Shown here: in pieces, positions 35,833 through 45,076 of the stretch
How the letters are laid out: each line of letters begins with the position of its first letter
Position numbering within the stretch: the stretch's first letter is position 1
DNA from: an uncultured Mediterraneibacter sp.
GTDB lineage: Bacteria; Bacillota; Clostridia; Lachnospirales; Lachnospiraceae
Assembly (NCBI GenBank): GCA_944377745.1
Contig: CALWFV010000005.1
Location: 9,876-73,875 of the forward strand
DNA: 64,000 bases
Direction of reading: 5' to 3'
Made by a program: the position numbers and the translations under genes
Notes under the pieces: model-generated
Database searches by the model: none
Seen by the model: only the letters and a program-made list of their open reading frames with translations
What the model was told of the DNA's origin: nothing

Positions 35833-35861
35833 ATTATAACGCAAAGGTTTTTTGTATACAA
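35833..35861 (-). promoter_or_regulatory. Candidate sigma-A promoter for pta-ackA
   Basis: On the minus strand, TTGTAT-17 nt-TATAAT in a very AT-rich spacer. Confidence 0.5.
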
Positions 35862-35949
35862 GTAAATCTATGTGCATTTTTTAATACAATATTTTGTATT
35901 TTTATGATTTTTTCTATGTTTGCTACAAAAATAACAATCTTTTCAGAAG

Positions 35950-35985
35950 CAGTTCATCCGCCATGGATAGAAGGCGGATGAACTG
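35950..35985 (-). terminator. 13-bp hairpin just downstream of mgtE
   Basis: CAGTTCATCCGCC (35950-35962) / GGCGGATGAACTG (35973-35985). The U-tract on the minus strand is weak. Confidence 0.45.
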
Positions 35986-35994
35986 TCCTCTGTT

Positions 35995-37347
35995 TTATAT
36001 ATGGAAGAATGCCGTCACGATATTGAAATACACAAGGATCGTACACGTATCCAGGATCGTGGTGATCAGCGGCGCCGCCATGATCGCCGGATCAAGCCCC
36101 AGCTTCTTTGCCGTCAGCGGAAGAATACAGCCGATGCATTTCGCCATCGCCACCACAGCGATCATCGTGATGCCCAGTGCTGCCGCCAGCATGATATTCT
36201 TGTCATACATGATATAGATGCGGATTCCGTTCACCACAGACAGCAGCACCCCCACGATCAGGGCGATACGGATTTCTTTGAAAATAACCCGCAATATATC
36301 TCTGAACTCGATCTCCCCGACAGCAAGCCCGCGGATGACAAGGGTGGAGCTCTGCGAACCGCAGTTTCCTCCCGTCCCCATCAGCATGGGGATGAAGGTG
36401 ATCAGCACCGGCATCGCCGCCATGGCATTCTCGTAATACCCCAGAATCTCTCCCGTCACCGTCGCTGAGAGCATCATGAGCATCAGCCAGAGAGACCGGT
36501 TCTTTGCATGCTGGAAAACGGAGGTACCAAAATAGGAATCCTCATTGGGGCTGACACCGGCCATGATGCTGATATCTTCCGTCGTCTCATCCTGGAGTAC
36601 CAGCATGGCGTCGTCGACGGTTACAATCCCCACAAGGCAGTCTTCGTGATCGATGATAGGGATCGCCACAAGGCCGTATTTGTTGATCATGTTAGCCACA
36701 TATTCCTGATCGTCCAGCGTGCGGGCATAGAGCACGTTCTCGTCCATGATCTCTCCGATCTTCCTGGACTCTCCGGCGGTCAGAAGATCCTTGACATCTA
36801 CGATACCGATCAGTCTCTTTTTTTCCGTGACATAACAGGTATAGATCGTCTCCTTATTGATACCGACCTGCCGTATCTTCAGGATCGCGTCTGCTACTGT
36901 CATCTCTTTGCGGAGACTGATATATTCGATATTCATAATACTGCCCGCGCTGTCTTCCGGATACTGGAGAAGCGCGTTGATCTTCGCTCTTGTATCCTCA
37001 TCCGTCGCCATCAGAAGACGGTCCACCACATTGGCAGGCATCTCTTCGAGAACGTCCACTGTATCGTCCACGTACATCTCTTCCATGACTTCTTCCAATT
37101 CGGAATCGGTCAGCGCGTTGATCAGGTCCTCGCGCATGTCGCTGTCCATATCCGTGAAGACCTCTGCCGCCTCCTCCTTTGCCAGCAGCCGGAACACAAG
37201 GGTCCGCTCTTTTTTATCCAGCTCATCGAAGGCGTCCACAATATCCACAGGATGGACAGACTCCAGCTCTTCCTTTAGTTTTTTGTAATCGTGCCTGTCC
37301 AAAAGTTCTGTCATCTGTTCTGCGTCAAATTTCCTCTCCTGCGCCAT
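35995..37347 (-). CDS. mgtE: Magnesium transporter MgtE
   Basis: MgtE N-domain, two CBS domains and a C-terminal 5-TM domain with GTGGNCGSQSS. The ORF-track start at 37353 is a GTG inside the SD; I use the ATG at 37347. Confidence 0.93.
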   Translation of the reverse strand: MAQERKFDAEQMTELLDRHDYKKLKEELESVHPVDIVDAFDELDKKERTLVFRLLAKEEAAEVFTDMDSDMREDLINALTDSELEEVMEEMYVDDTVDVLEEMPANVVDRLLMATDEDTRAKINALLQYPEDSAGSIMNIEYISLRKEMTVADAILKIRQVGINKETIYTCYVTEKKRLIGIVDVKDLLTAGESRKIGEIMDENVLYARTLDDQEYVANMINKYGLVAIPIIDHEDCLVGIVTVDDAMLVLQDETTEDISIMAGVSPNEDSYFGTSVFQHAKNRSLWLMLMMLSATVTGEILGYYENAMAAMPVLITFIPMLMGTGGNCGSQSSTLVIRGLAVGEIEFRDILRVIFKEIRIALIVGVLLSVVNGIRIYIMYDKNIMLAAALGITMIAVVAMAKCIGCILPLTAKKLGLDPAIMAAPLITTILDTCTILVYFNIVTAFFHI

Positions 37348-37479
37348 GTCCACACCTTCTTTACAATATTTTCCACAACAGGTTACAGTCCTTCCAGAGC
37401 GAACTGTTACTATTTTCCTTCAAGAATCCATCTTTTTATAGTATAATGGTTTGGAAAATGATATACAAGGAGATTGTTT

Positions 37480-38766
37480 ATGAAAATTGTCGGTCTGATC
37501 GCAGAATACAATCCGTTCCACAACGGACACCTGTATCATATAGAAGAAGCAAAACGGATCACCGGAGCGGACGCCGTGATCGTCGTCATGAGCGGGGATT
37601 ATGTCCAGCGCGGAACGCCCGCTGTCATGCCAAAACGAATCCGTGCCGAAATGGTGCTTCGCTGCGGCGCAGGTGCCGTCTTTGAACTTCCCGTCTGCTA
37701 CGCCACCGGGAGCGCGGAGTACTTTGCCCTGGGAGCCGTCTCTCTGCTGGACAGGTTGGGGGTCGTGGATTCCATCTGTTTCGGAAGTGAATGCGCCGAT
37801 CTCGAGGCCATGGAACAGGCGGCGGATGTCCTTCTCACAGAGCCTGAAGGATATCAGACACTGCTCCGCAGGTATCTGAAAGAAGGGAATTCCTTTCCCT
37901 CGGCAAGAGAGGAAGCTCTCGCAGAATATACCGGCAGCGGTAAAACAGCCCGGATCCTCAAAGACCCCAACAACATCCTGGGTGTTGAATACCTGAAAGC
38001 CTTGAAAAAACTGGGGAGCAGCATGACCCCATACACGATCCTGCGCCGTGGAGCCGGTTACCATGACCGGGAACTTGCCGGAGAGTTCAGTTCCGCCTCC
38101 GCCATCCGCTCCCTCCTGGCCCACTCCGTTTCCTCCCTGCGCACAGAACAGTCTGGAGGCGCCTTTGACAACACGCCATTCTCCAGCATCCTGGACGACC
38201 TGGAGAACCAGGTTCCCCCGTCCTGCCTTGCGCTGCTTAAAGACTGCCACAGAGTCCACTATCCTATATACCAGAATGACTTTTCCCTTCTCCTGAAATA
38301 TAAACTGCTGAACAAGGAACAGAAAAGCCTCCTCCGGTATATGGACGTCTCCGAAGAGCTGGCAAACCGGATCTGTGCCCGTCTGAACGATTTCTTTAAT
38401 TTCAAGCAGTTCTCCCAGCTTCTGAAGACCCGGGAGATGACCCGTACCCGGATTGACCGCGCTTTACTACACATCATGCTGGGGATCAAAAAGAGAAACG
38501 TGCAGGAATATATGGAAGGCGGTTATCATTTCTATTCCAGACTTCTCGGATTTCGCAAAAACGAGAGCCGGATCCTCTCCGGGATTTCGAAAAAGAGTTC
38601 GCTCCCTCTCCTCTCCAGACTTTCCGAGGACAACGTGCTGTCGGAGACCGGGCGCAAGATGCTGTATCACGATCTCCTCGCCTCTAATCTGTATACTTCC
38701 GTGGTGACAGACAAATACAGGACTGCGTTCCAGAACGAATACAAACAGGCGCTCATAAAAATATGA
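37480..38766 (+). CDS. tmcAL: tRNA(Met) cytidine acetate ligase (UPF0348/YlbM nucleotidyltransferase)
   Basis: GLIAEYNPFHNGHLYHI HxGH nucleotidyltransferase motif. AAGGAGA lies 6 nt before the ATG at 37480. Confidence 0.85.
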   Translation: MKIVGLIAEYNPFHNGHLYHIEEAKRITGADAVIVVMSGDYVQRGTPAVMPKRIRAEMVLRCGAGAVFELPVCYATGSAEYFALGAVSLLDRLGVVDSICFGSECADLEAMEQAADVLLTEPEGYQTLLRRYLKEGNSFPSAREEALAEYTGSGKTARILKDPNNILGVEYLKALKKLGSSMTPYTILRRGAGYHDRELAGEFSSASAIRSLLAHSVSSLRTEQSGGAFDNTPFSSILDDLENQVPPSCLALLKDCHRVHYPIYQNDFSLLLKYKLLNKEQKSLLRYMDVSEELANRICARLNDFFNFKQFSQLLKTREMTRTRIDRALLHIMLGIKKRNVQEYMEGGYHFYSRLLGFRKNESRILSGISKKSSLPLLSRLSEDNVLSETGRKMLYHDLLASNLYTSVVTDKYRTAFQNEYKQALIKI

Positions 38767-38828
38767 GCGCCTGAATTTGCTTCTGAGCCATTTTTCTCCT
38801 AAACAGCCCTTTCCGTCCGATACAGAAC

Positions 38829-40358
38829 CTAATTCTGCTCCAGAGATCTCTTTCTGGTGATCGTCACCTTCTCATCGTAACAGGTAAAGATCTCATCCAC
38901 CTGTTTTTTATCCATCTTCGGCGTGAGAAAGCTGACCAGCGGCACCACCACAAGACCGGCCGCCATTGCTGCCGCGCCTGCATTGATGGAAGATTCGATA
39001 TAGCCAATAAACATATTGGACACAGTGATGCCGATCCCGGCGATAAACCCTGCCCACACACCTGCCCGGGTTACTCCCTTCCAGTACAGGCCGTACAGGA
39101 ACGGCGCCAGGAACGCTCCCGCCAGAGCGCCCCAGGAAATTCCCATGAGCTGCGCGATAAACGTCGGCGGATCCAGTGCGATCACGACAGAAACTACCAG
39201 GAAGAATACGATCAGGAGCTGCATGGTCACAATCTGCTTTTTCTCGCTCATGTTTTTCAGCACATTGTCCTTCAGAAGATCCAGCGTCATGGTTGAGCTG
39301 GATGTCAGTACAAGGGAGGACAAAGTGGACATGGATGCGGACAGCACCAGGACCACCACAATGCCGATCAGGATATCCGGAAGAGCGGACAGCATATACG
39401 GAATGATGCTGTCATATACCACAGCGCCTGTCTCGTCATAGATCTCAGGAGAGTCAAACAGACGTCCGAATCCTCCCAGGAAATAGCACCCGCCCGATAC
39501 GACTATTGCGAACAGGGTGGAGATGACAGTCCCCGTATTGATGGATTTCTCATCTTTTATTGCGTAGAATTTTCCGATCATCTGCGGAAGCCCCCAGGTT
39601 CCCAGGGACGTCAGGATGACGACTCCCAGAAGATTCAGAGGATCCGGTCCGAAAAAGGATGTAAACGCTCCCGGCTGTCCCTGGGTCACAGCAACATCAC
39701 TCTCAATCTGAGCCATCTCCGATATGGCGTTCATGAATCCGCCCTGACCGCTCAGCACTGCGGCAATGACCGCCACAATCCCGGCCAGCATGATGATCCC
39801 CTGGATAAAATCATTGATGGCAGTCGCCATATAACCGCCCAGGATCACATAGAGCGCCGTAAACACCGCCATGGCGATCACACACCATGTATAAGGGATA
39901 TGGAAAGCCATCTCAAAAAGGCGGGAAAGTCCGTTGTACACCGAAGCCGTATACGGGATCAGGAACACAAAAACAATCACTGACGCGGTGATTTTCAGCG
40001 CCTTGCTGTCATATCGTGCCCCGAAGAAATCCGGCATAGTCTTTGAACTCAAATGCTGAGTCATGACCTTTGTCCTTCTCCCCAGGATCACCCATGCCAG
40101 AAGGCTTCCGATGACCGCGTTCCCGATCCCGATCCAGGTACTTGCGATCCCGTATTTCCATCCAAACTGACCTGCATATCCTACAAAAACGACCGCGGAA
40201 AAGTATGACGTCCCATATGCAAATGCAGTCAGCCATGGTCCTACGGATCTGCCGCCCAGCACAAAGCCGTCCACGCTGGTGACATGGCGCCTGGAATAGA
40301 CGCCCACGCCCACCATGACCGCAAAAAATACGACGAGTAAAATTATCTTGATCCCCAT
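38829..40358 (-). CDS. Sodium:solute symporter (SSS) family transporter
   Basis: 509 aa with ~13 TM segments. The N-terminal FVLGGRSVGPWLTAFAYGTSYFSA region is typical of SSS (PutP/PanF-like). The substrate cannot be called from sequence alone. Confidence 0.8.
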   Translation of the reverse strand: MGIKIILLVVFFAVMVGVGVYSRRHVTSVDGFVLGGRSVGPWLTAFAYGTSYFSAVVFVGYAGQFGWKYGIASTWIGIGNAVIGSLLAWVILGRRTKVMTQHLSSKTMPDFFGARYDSKALKITASVIVFVFLIPYTASVYNGLSRLFEMAFHIPYTWCVIAMAVFTALYVILGGYMATAINDFIQGIIMLAGIVAVIAAVLSGQGGFMNAISEMAQIESDVAVTQGQPGAFTSFFGPDPLNLLGVVILTSLGTWGLPQMIGKFYAIKDEKSINTGTVISTLFAIVVSGGCYFLGGFGRLFDSPEIYDETGAVVYDSIIPYMLSALPDILIGIVVVLVLSASMSTLSSLVLTSSSTMTLDLLKDNVLKNMSEKKQIVTMQLLIVFFLVVSVVIALDPPTFIAQLMGISWGALAGAFLAPFLYGLYWKGVTRAGVWAGFIAGIGITVSNMFIGYIESSINAGAAAMAAGLVVVPLVSFLTPKMDKKQVDEIFTCYDEKVTITRKRSLEQN

Positions 40359-40621
40359 TGCTCTCTACCTCTCTTTGATAAAATGATGTCGGGGTCAAAA
40401 GCCCCATCTGTGATGCCCGCGGATTGTTTCGGGCTCCGTCAGAGTATTTTCCACCTCTCCGGCATCAGCATTTCCCGTCATACTAATCCACTTTAAAGCG
40501 TTGCACTTTAAAGTGATAAAGTTTCTGCGCATAGAATAACACGGGCATGACACCCGTGTCAACTAAAATTTCACCACATTTGCGAGTATGTGTAAAACTC
40601 GTAACCGCCGTCGTACTCCCA

Positions 40622-41098
40622 CTATTTCATCTTCTCCACCCTGTCCTGGATGGTCTTGTTGAAATTCTCGATCCTTCTGCTGTAGGGTTCGTTCATATAC
40701 TTCGAATTCAGCATGAAATCAGCCGTTGCCAGATTGTTCGCAACAGGAATATCATACACCACTGCGATACGCAGGAGCGCCTTCACATCCGGATCATGAG
40801 GCTGCGCTTCCAGCGGGTCCCAGAGAAAGATCATGAAATCGATCTGCCCCTCCACGATCTTTGCGCCCACCTGCTGGTCACCGCCCAGCGGGCCGCTGCA
40901 GAATCCTTTCACCGGCAGTCCTGTCCGCTCGGCGATCAGTCTCGCCGTCGTTCCCGTCCCGCAGAGGAAATGGCTTTTAAGCACGTCTTTGTTTTTGTCG
41001 CACCACTCCACAAGTTCTTTTTTCTTCCCGTCATGTGCGATCAGTGCGATATGTTTCGCTTTTTCAATCTCCAGTGTTACATAATTGTCATCCAGCAT
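40622..41098 (-). CDS. mgsA: Methylglyoxal synthase
   Basis: IALIAHDGKKKEL...GTGTT...GPLGGDQQ...DPDVKALLR, with an AGGAGG RBS. Confidence 0.93.
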   Translation of the reverse strand: MLDDNYVTLEIEKAKHIALIAHDGKKKELVEWCDKNKDVLKSHFLCGTGTTARLIAERTGLPVKGFCSGPLGGDQQVGAKIVEGQIDFMIFLWDPLEAQPHDPDVKALLRIAVVYDIPVANNLATADFMLNSKYMNEPYSRRIENFNKTIQDRVEKMK

Positions 41099-41169
41099 AT
41101 CTTCGCCTCCTAGTCAAAAACACTTTGCTACAGTAACTATGATACTATAAATCCGCGCTGGTGGAAAGA

Positions 41170-41838
41170 TTAAATCTTCTCCACGACCTCTCCCTGCTTC
41201 TTGTAAATGCTGTTGCCCGGGACGAAACCACGCACAGAGGATAGCGGATAGATATTGCTGTGGCTTCCCACCACGGTGCCCGGATTCAGGACGCTTCCGC
41301 ATCCGACCTCGACCTCATCGCCCAGCATTGCGCCGAACTTCTTCATCCCGGTCTCAATATTCCCCTCCGGCGTCTTTACAACAACCAGCTTTTTGTCTGA
41401 CTTCACATTAGAAGTGATGGAACCCGCACCCATATGCGACTTATATCCGAGAATAGAATCCCCGACATAGTTGTAGTGAGGCACCTGAACCTTGTTAAAG
41501 AGGATCACATTCTTAAGTTCCGTGGAATTTCCCACTACTGCGCCCTCACCCACAATGGCGTTGCCGCGGATAAACGCACAGTGGCGCACCTCTGCGTCTT
41601 TCCCGATAATGGCAGGTCCGTTGATATATGCCGTAGGCGCTACCTTTGCTGTTTTTGCGATCCAGACGTTCTCCCCGCGTTTTTCATATTCTTCATCGCT
41701 CAGAGTCACTCCCAGCTCCAGGATAAAACTGCTGATCTTCGGGAGTACCTCCCAGGGATAGGTCACTCCCTCAAAGATATCCTTCGCAATCGTCTCATCA
41801 AGTGTATAGAGTTCTTTCACTGTCAATGCTTCCATCAT
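41170..41838 (-). CDS. Left-handed beta-helix (hexapeptide-repeat) protein resembling the GlmU acyltransferase domain
   Basis: Repeated [LIV]G..x hexapeptides (IGKDAEV, VGEGAVVGNSTEL, LGDEVEVGCGSVL). The start overlaps the topB stop (ATGA). Confidence 0.7.
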   Translation of the reverse strand: MMEALTVKELYTLDETIAKDIFEGVTYPWEVLPKISSFILELGVTLSDEEYEKRGENVWIAKTAKVAPTAYINGPAIIGKDAEVRHCAFIRGNAIVGEGAVVGNSTELKNVILFNKVQVPHYNYVGDSILGYKSHMGAGSITSNVKSDKKLVVVKTPEGNIETGMKKFGAMLGDEVEVGCGSVLNPGTVVGSHSNIYPLSSVRGFVPGNSIYKKQGEVVEKI

Positions 41839-43904
41839 TTTTTCTCCTTTTCTTTCTGGGTTTTCCCACTCTTTTTATAATATTCCGCCGCCTTGTCATA
41901 ACATGCGCGGAGCTGATACTGGTTGTTGAGTCCTTTGACTCCCACGGTCCTGCTGGTAATGAAATGATCCAGTTTCGTCATGTATTCGTCCGGGGTGATG
42001 CTTCCCTCCGCCACATAAGTGAGTCCCTTCTCCCAGCTCGCGGTGAGTTCCGGGTTTAAGAGGGAACGGATGGAGTGCTCCACCACATCGTATACCATCT
42101 CTCCCTGCAGAGTCGGGGTGATCACCTGAGTTTTCTTGTTCAGGGCGAGATATTTGATATTGATCAGTTTTTTCAGGATCTCCGCCCGGGTCGCGCTGGT
42201 CCCGATCCCGCTGCCCTTGATCTGCGCTCTGAGTTCCTCGTCCTCGATAAGCTGGCCCGCGTTTTCCATAGCCAGGATCATGGAACCTGAGTTGTACCGC
42301 TTCGGCGGTGACGTCTCTCCTTCTTTGATCTCCAGTGCTTTCACCGGAAGGGACATTCCTTTCTTCAGCGATTTTATGATCTCAAATAGTCCCGAATCAG
42401 GGTTCTGGTCCCCGGACTCATTCCCGGGATTTTCTTCCGCACTCCTCTCCTGTGCATCTCCTGTCCCCTTCATCTCCTTCTTCTGCCGTGGAACTCCCGT
42501 CACTTTCAGATATCCTTCCTCCGCCAGCACTTTGAAACTGGAGAAGAAACTCTCTGTCCGGATCCGGGTGGTGATAGAGACCTTCTGATACACAGCCGGC
42601 GGATAGAAAATGCTAAGGAACCGTCTCATGATCAGGTCGTACACTCTCTGAGACACCTGGGATACGCTCCGAAGCGCCCCCAGTCCCTGTCCCGTAGGAA
42701 TGATCGCATAGTGATCCGTGATCTGCTTATCGTTGACGTATCTGGTCTTCGCCAAAGTTTTATGGCTGCCAAAGGCGAGGATATCTTTCAGATAAGGAGC
42801 CGCCGGCTCATATTTGGAAAGGCCGTTCAGATTCCGGCTGATCTCTTTCGCCACCGCTGTGGAGAGGACTCTGGCGTCGGTTCTCGGATAAGTCACCAGT
42901 TTCTTCTCGTAGAGTTCCTGTACAATCCTCAGCGTCTCGTCCGGGCTGATTTTAAACCGCTTCGAACAGTCATTCTGGAGCTCCGCCAGGTTGTAGAGAA
43001 GGGGAGGATTCTTCTTCTCTTTCTTCTTCTCTATGGACTGGATCTGACAGGTCAGGGGCTGCTCCTCCGACAGATAACGGATCAGCTCCTCTGCCTTCTC
43101 CCTCTCCTTAAATCCGTTTTCTTTGTACAGGTCAAAAGATTCAAAATACCGGGAGCCCTGGACCGCCCGCCATTCCCCCTCGAAACTGTGCCCCGAGGCG
43201 TCCACCGTGCTGATCACACGGTAAAAGGGCGTCTTGACAAAATTCCGGATCTCCCGCTCTCTGCGCACCACCATCCCCAGCACGCAGGTCATAACCCTGC
43301 CCACCGAGATCACCGAATATTTTGTGTGCAGATAGTTTGAGATGCTGTTCCCGTATTTTAATGTCAGAAGGCGGGAGAAATTGATCCCCATCAGGTAGTC
43401 TTCCTTTGCCCTGAGATACGCGGAAGCGCTCAGGTTGTCATATTCCGAGAGATCCTTTGCCTCACGGATCCCCCGAAGGATCTCCTCCTCCGTCTGAGAG
43501 TCGATCCACACTCTGCGCCTCTTCTTTCCTGTCACATGCGCCTCCTGCTCCACCAGGCGGTAGATATACTCTCCCTCCCGCCCGGAGTCGGTGCAGACGT
43601 AGATCGTATCCACATCATCCCGGTTGAGGATTCCGCTTACGATGCCGAACTGCTTTTTCACAGAAGGGATGACCTCATATTTGAATTCAGACGGGATAAA
43701 CGGAAGAGTCTCCAGGCTCCATCTCTTCAGCGCCGGATCATACTCCTCCGGATAGCTCATGGTCACCAGATGTCCTACGCACCAGGTGACGATCGCCTCC
43801 TCCGATTCCAGGTAACCATCTCCCCGTCTTGTATTTAGTTTTAACGCTTTTGCGAATTCCTGCGCCACACTCGGCTTCTCCGCAATATATACTGATTTTC
43901 CCAT
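41835..43904 (-). CDS. topB: DNA topoisomerase III
   Basis: Toprim N-terminus VYIAEKPSVAQEFAKAL, VTWCVGHL and the type IA core. 689 aa. Confidence 0.92.
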   Translation of the reverse strand: MGKSVYIAEKPSVAQEFAKALKLNTRRGDGYLESEEAIVTWCVGHLVTMSYPEEYDPALKRWSLETLPFIPSEFKYEVIPSVKKQFGIVSGILNRDDVDTIYVCTDSGREGEYIYRLVEQEAHVTGKKRRRVWIDSQTEEEILRGIREAKDLSEYDNLSASAYLRAKEDYLMGINFSRLLTLKYGNSISNYLHTKYSVISVGRVMTCVLGMVVRREREIRNFVKTPFYRVISTVDASGHSFEGEWRAVQGSRYFESFDLYKENGFKEREKAEELIRYLSEEQPLTCQIQSIEKKKEKKNPPLLYNLAELQNDCSKRFKISPDETLRIVQELYEKKLVTYPRTDARVLSTAVAKEISRNLNGLSKYEPAAPYLKDILAFGSHKTLAKTRYVNDKQITDHYAIIPTGQGLGALRSVSQVSQRVYDLIMRRFLSIFYPPAVYQKVSITTRIRTESFFSSFKVLAEEGYLKVTGVPRQKKEMKGTGDAQERSAEENPGNESGDQNPDSGLFEIIKSLKKGMSLPVKALEIKEGETSPPKRYNSGSMILAMENAGQLIEDEELRAQIKGSGIGTSATRAEILKKLINIKYLALNKKTQVITPTLQGEMVYDVVEHSIRSLLNPELTASWEKGLTYVAEGSITPDEYMTKLDHFITSRTVGVKGLNNQYQLRACYDKAAEYYKKSGKTQKEKEKK

Positions 43905-43991
43905 ATGTCGTTGTCACTGCTGTCCTGTCTGTTTTCCTTCTATAATACCGGGGCCAGAAGCTGTCCCCGGTACTGCGGCTGACTCCGAAGA

Positions 43992-45041
43992 TCATTCTCC
44001 CGGAGCGAAACGGTATGCTGTCCGGGTATCATATTTTTCTCCGGCGCGGCAGAACGGTCCGGGGAAATTGTCATGATGGACCGCATCCGGATAATACTGT
44101 GTCTCCAGGCACACTGCGCTGCGCTTCTCATATACTGCTCCATCCTTTCCTTTCACGCCGTCAAGGAAGTTTGCCGTGTACATCTGAACGCCCGGCAGGT
44201 CTGTATAGACTTCCATCCGGATCCCGCTTCTGTCCGCCGTCACTTCTGCTACTTTATCAAACCTTCCTCCGTTTTTCAATACCCAGTTGTGGTCGTAACC
44301 GCCGCCGAACCGGAGAGGTTCGTAATCCTCGTCGATCTCCTCTCCCAGTGTTTTGCCTCTGCGGAAATCCATGGGCGTGCCTTCTACAGAGCGGATCTCT
44401 CCGGTTGGAATGGATTCCGCATCCGCGGGGGTAAAGGAATCTGCATCCAGAACAACGGTATGTCCCAGCGCGGTCCCGCTCTCATGCCCGTTCAGGTTGA
44501 AATAGCTGTGATTGGTCATATTAATGACCGTATCCTTATCCGGGACTGCCTCATAATGGATCGCCAGAGTGTTGTCCTCATCCAGGCTGTAGGTCACATG
44601 CATATCCAGGGCACCGGGGTATCCCTGGTCGCCGTCCGGACTGTGCAGGCAGAATGTGACATGGTCGTCTCCGCTGTCTGTGACTTCCCATATTCTTTTA
44701 TTATAATAGGAAAAACCGCTGTGCAGATTGTTCCCGTTATCGTTCTTATCCAGTTCATAGGTCACGCCGTCGATCACGACAGACGCCCCTCCGATCCGGT
44801 TGGCGTTTCTCCCCACCGTGGCTCCGATAGAATCTCCGCCTTCCTCATATCCGGAGACATCGTCGAACCCCAGCACCACATCCACCGGTTCCCCGTCTTT
44901 TCCTTTCACAAAGACACTGACCAGGGCTGCGCCGTAATCACACACTGCCGCCGTGGTCCCCACCTCGTTCTTCATCTCGTACAGATGAGCTGTCTCCCCT
45001 TTTTTCGTTGTACCAAAGTCTCTCACTGTCAGTTTCTGCAT
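43992..45041 (-). CDS. galM: Aldose 1-epimerase (galactose mutarotase)
   Basis: GNNLHSGF, NMTNHSYFNL and CLETQYYPDA motifs. Confidence 0.9.
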   Translation of the reverse strand: MQKLTVRDFGTTKKGETAHLYEMKNEVGTTAAVCDYGAALVSVFVKGKDGEPVDVVLGFDDVSGYEEGGDSIGATVGRNANRIGGASVVIDGVTYELDKNDNGNNLHSGFSYYNKRIWEVTDSGDDHVTFCLHSPDGDQGYPGALDMHVTYSLDEDNTLAIHYEAVPDKDTVINMTNHSYFNLNGHESGTALGHTVVLDADSFTPADAESIPTGEIRSVEGTPMDFRRGKTLGEEIDEDYEPLRFGGGYDHNWVLKNGGRFDKVAEVTADRSGIRMEVYTDLPGVQMYTANFLDGVKGKDGAVYEKRSAVCLETQYYPDAVHHDNFPGPFCRAGEKYDTRTAYRFAPGE

Positions 45042-45076
45042 GTTTCCTCTCCTTTTCCCTTATTCTTTTCCTCTTT

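Noticed and set aside
37348-37479. M-box (Mg2+) riboswitch upstream of mgtE.
   Set aside because: Only ~130 nt are shared with the divergent tmcAL promoter. That is too short, and I see none of the conserved M-box helices or motifs.
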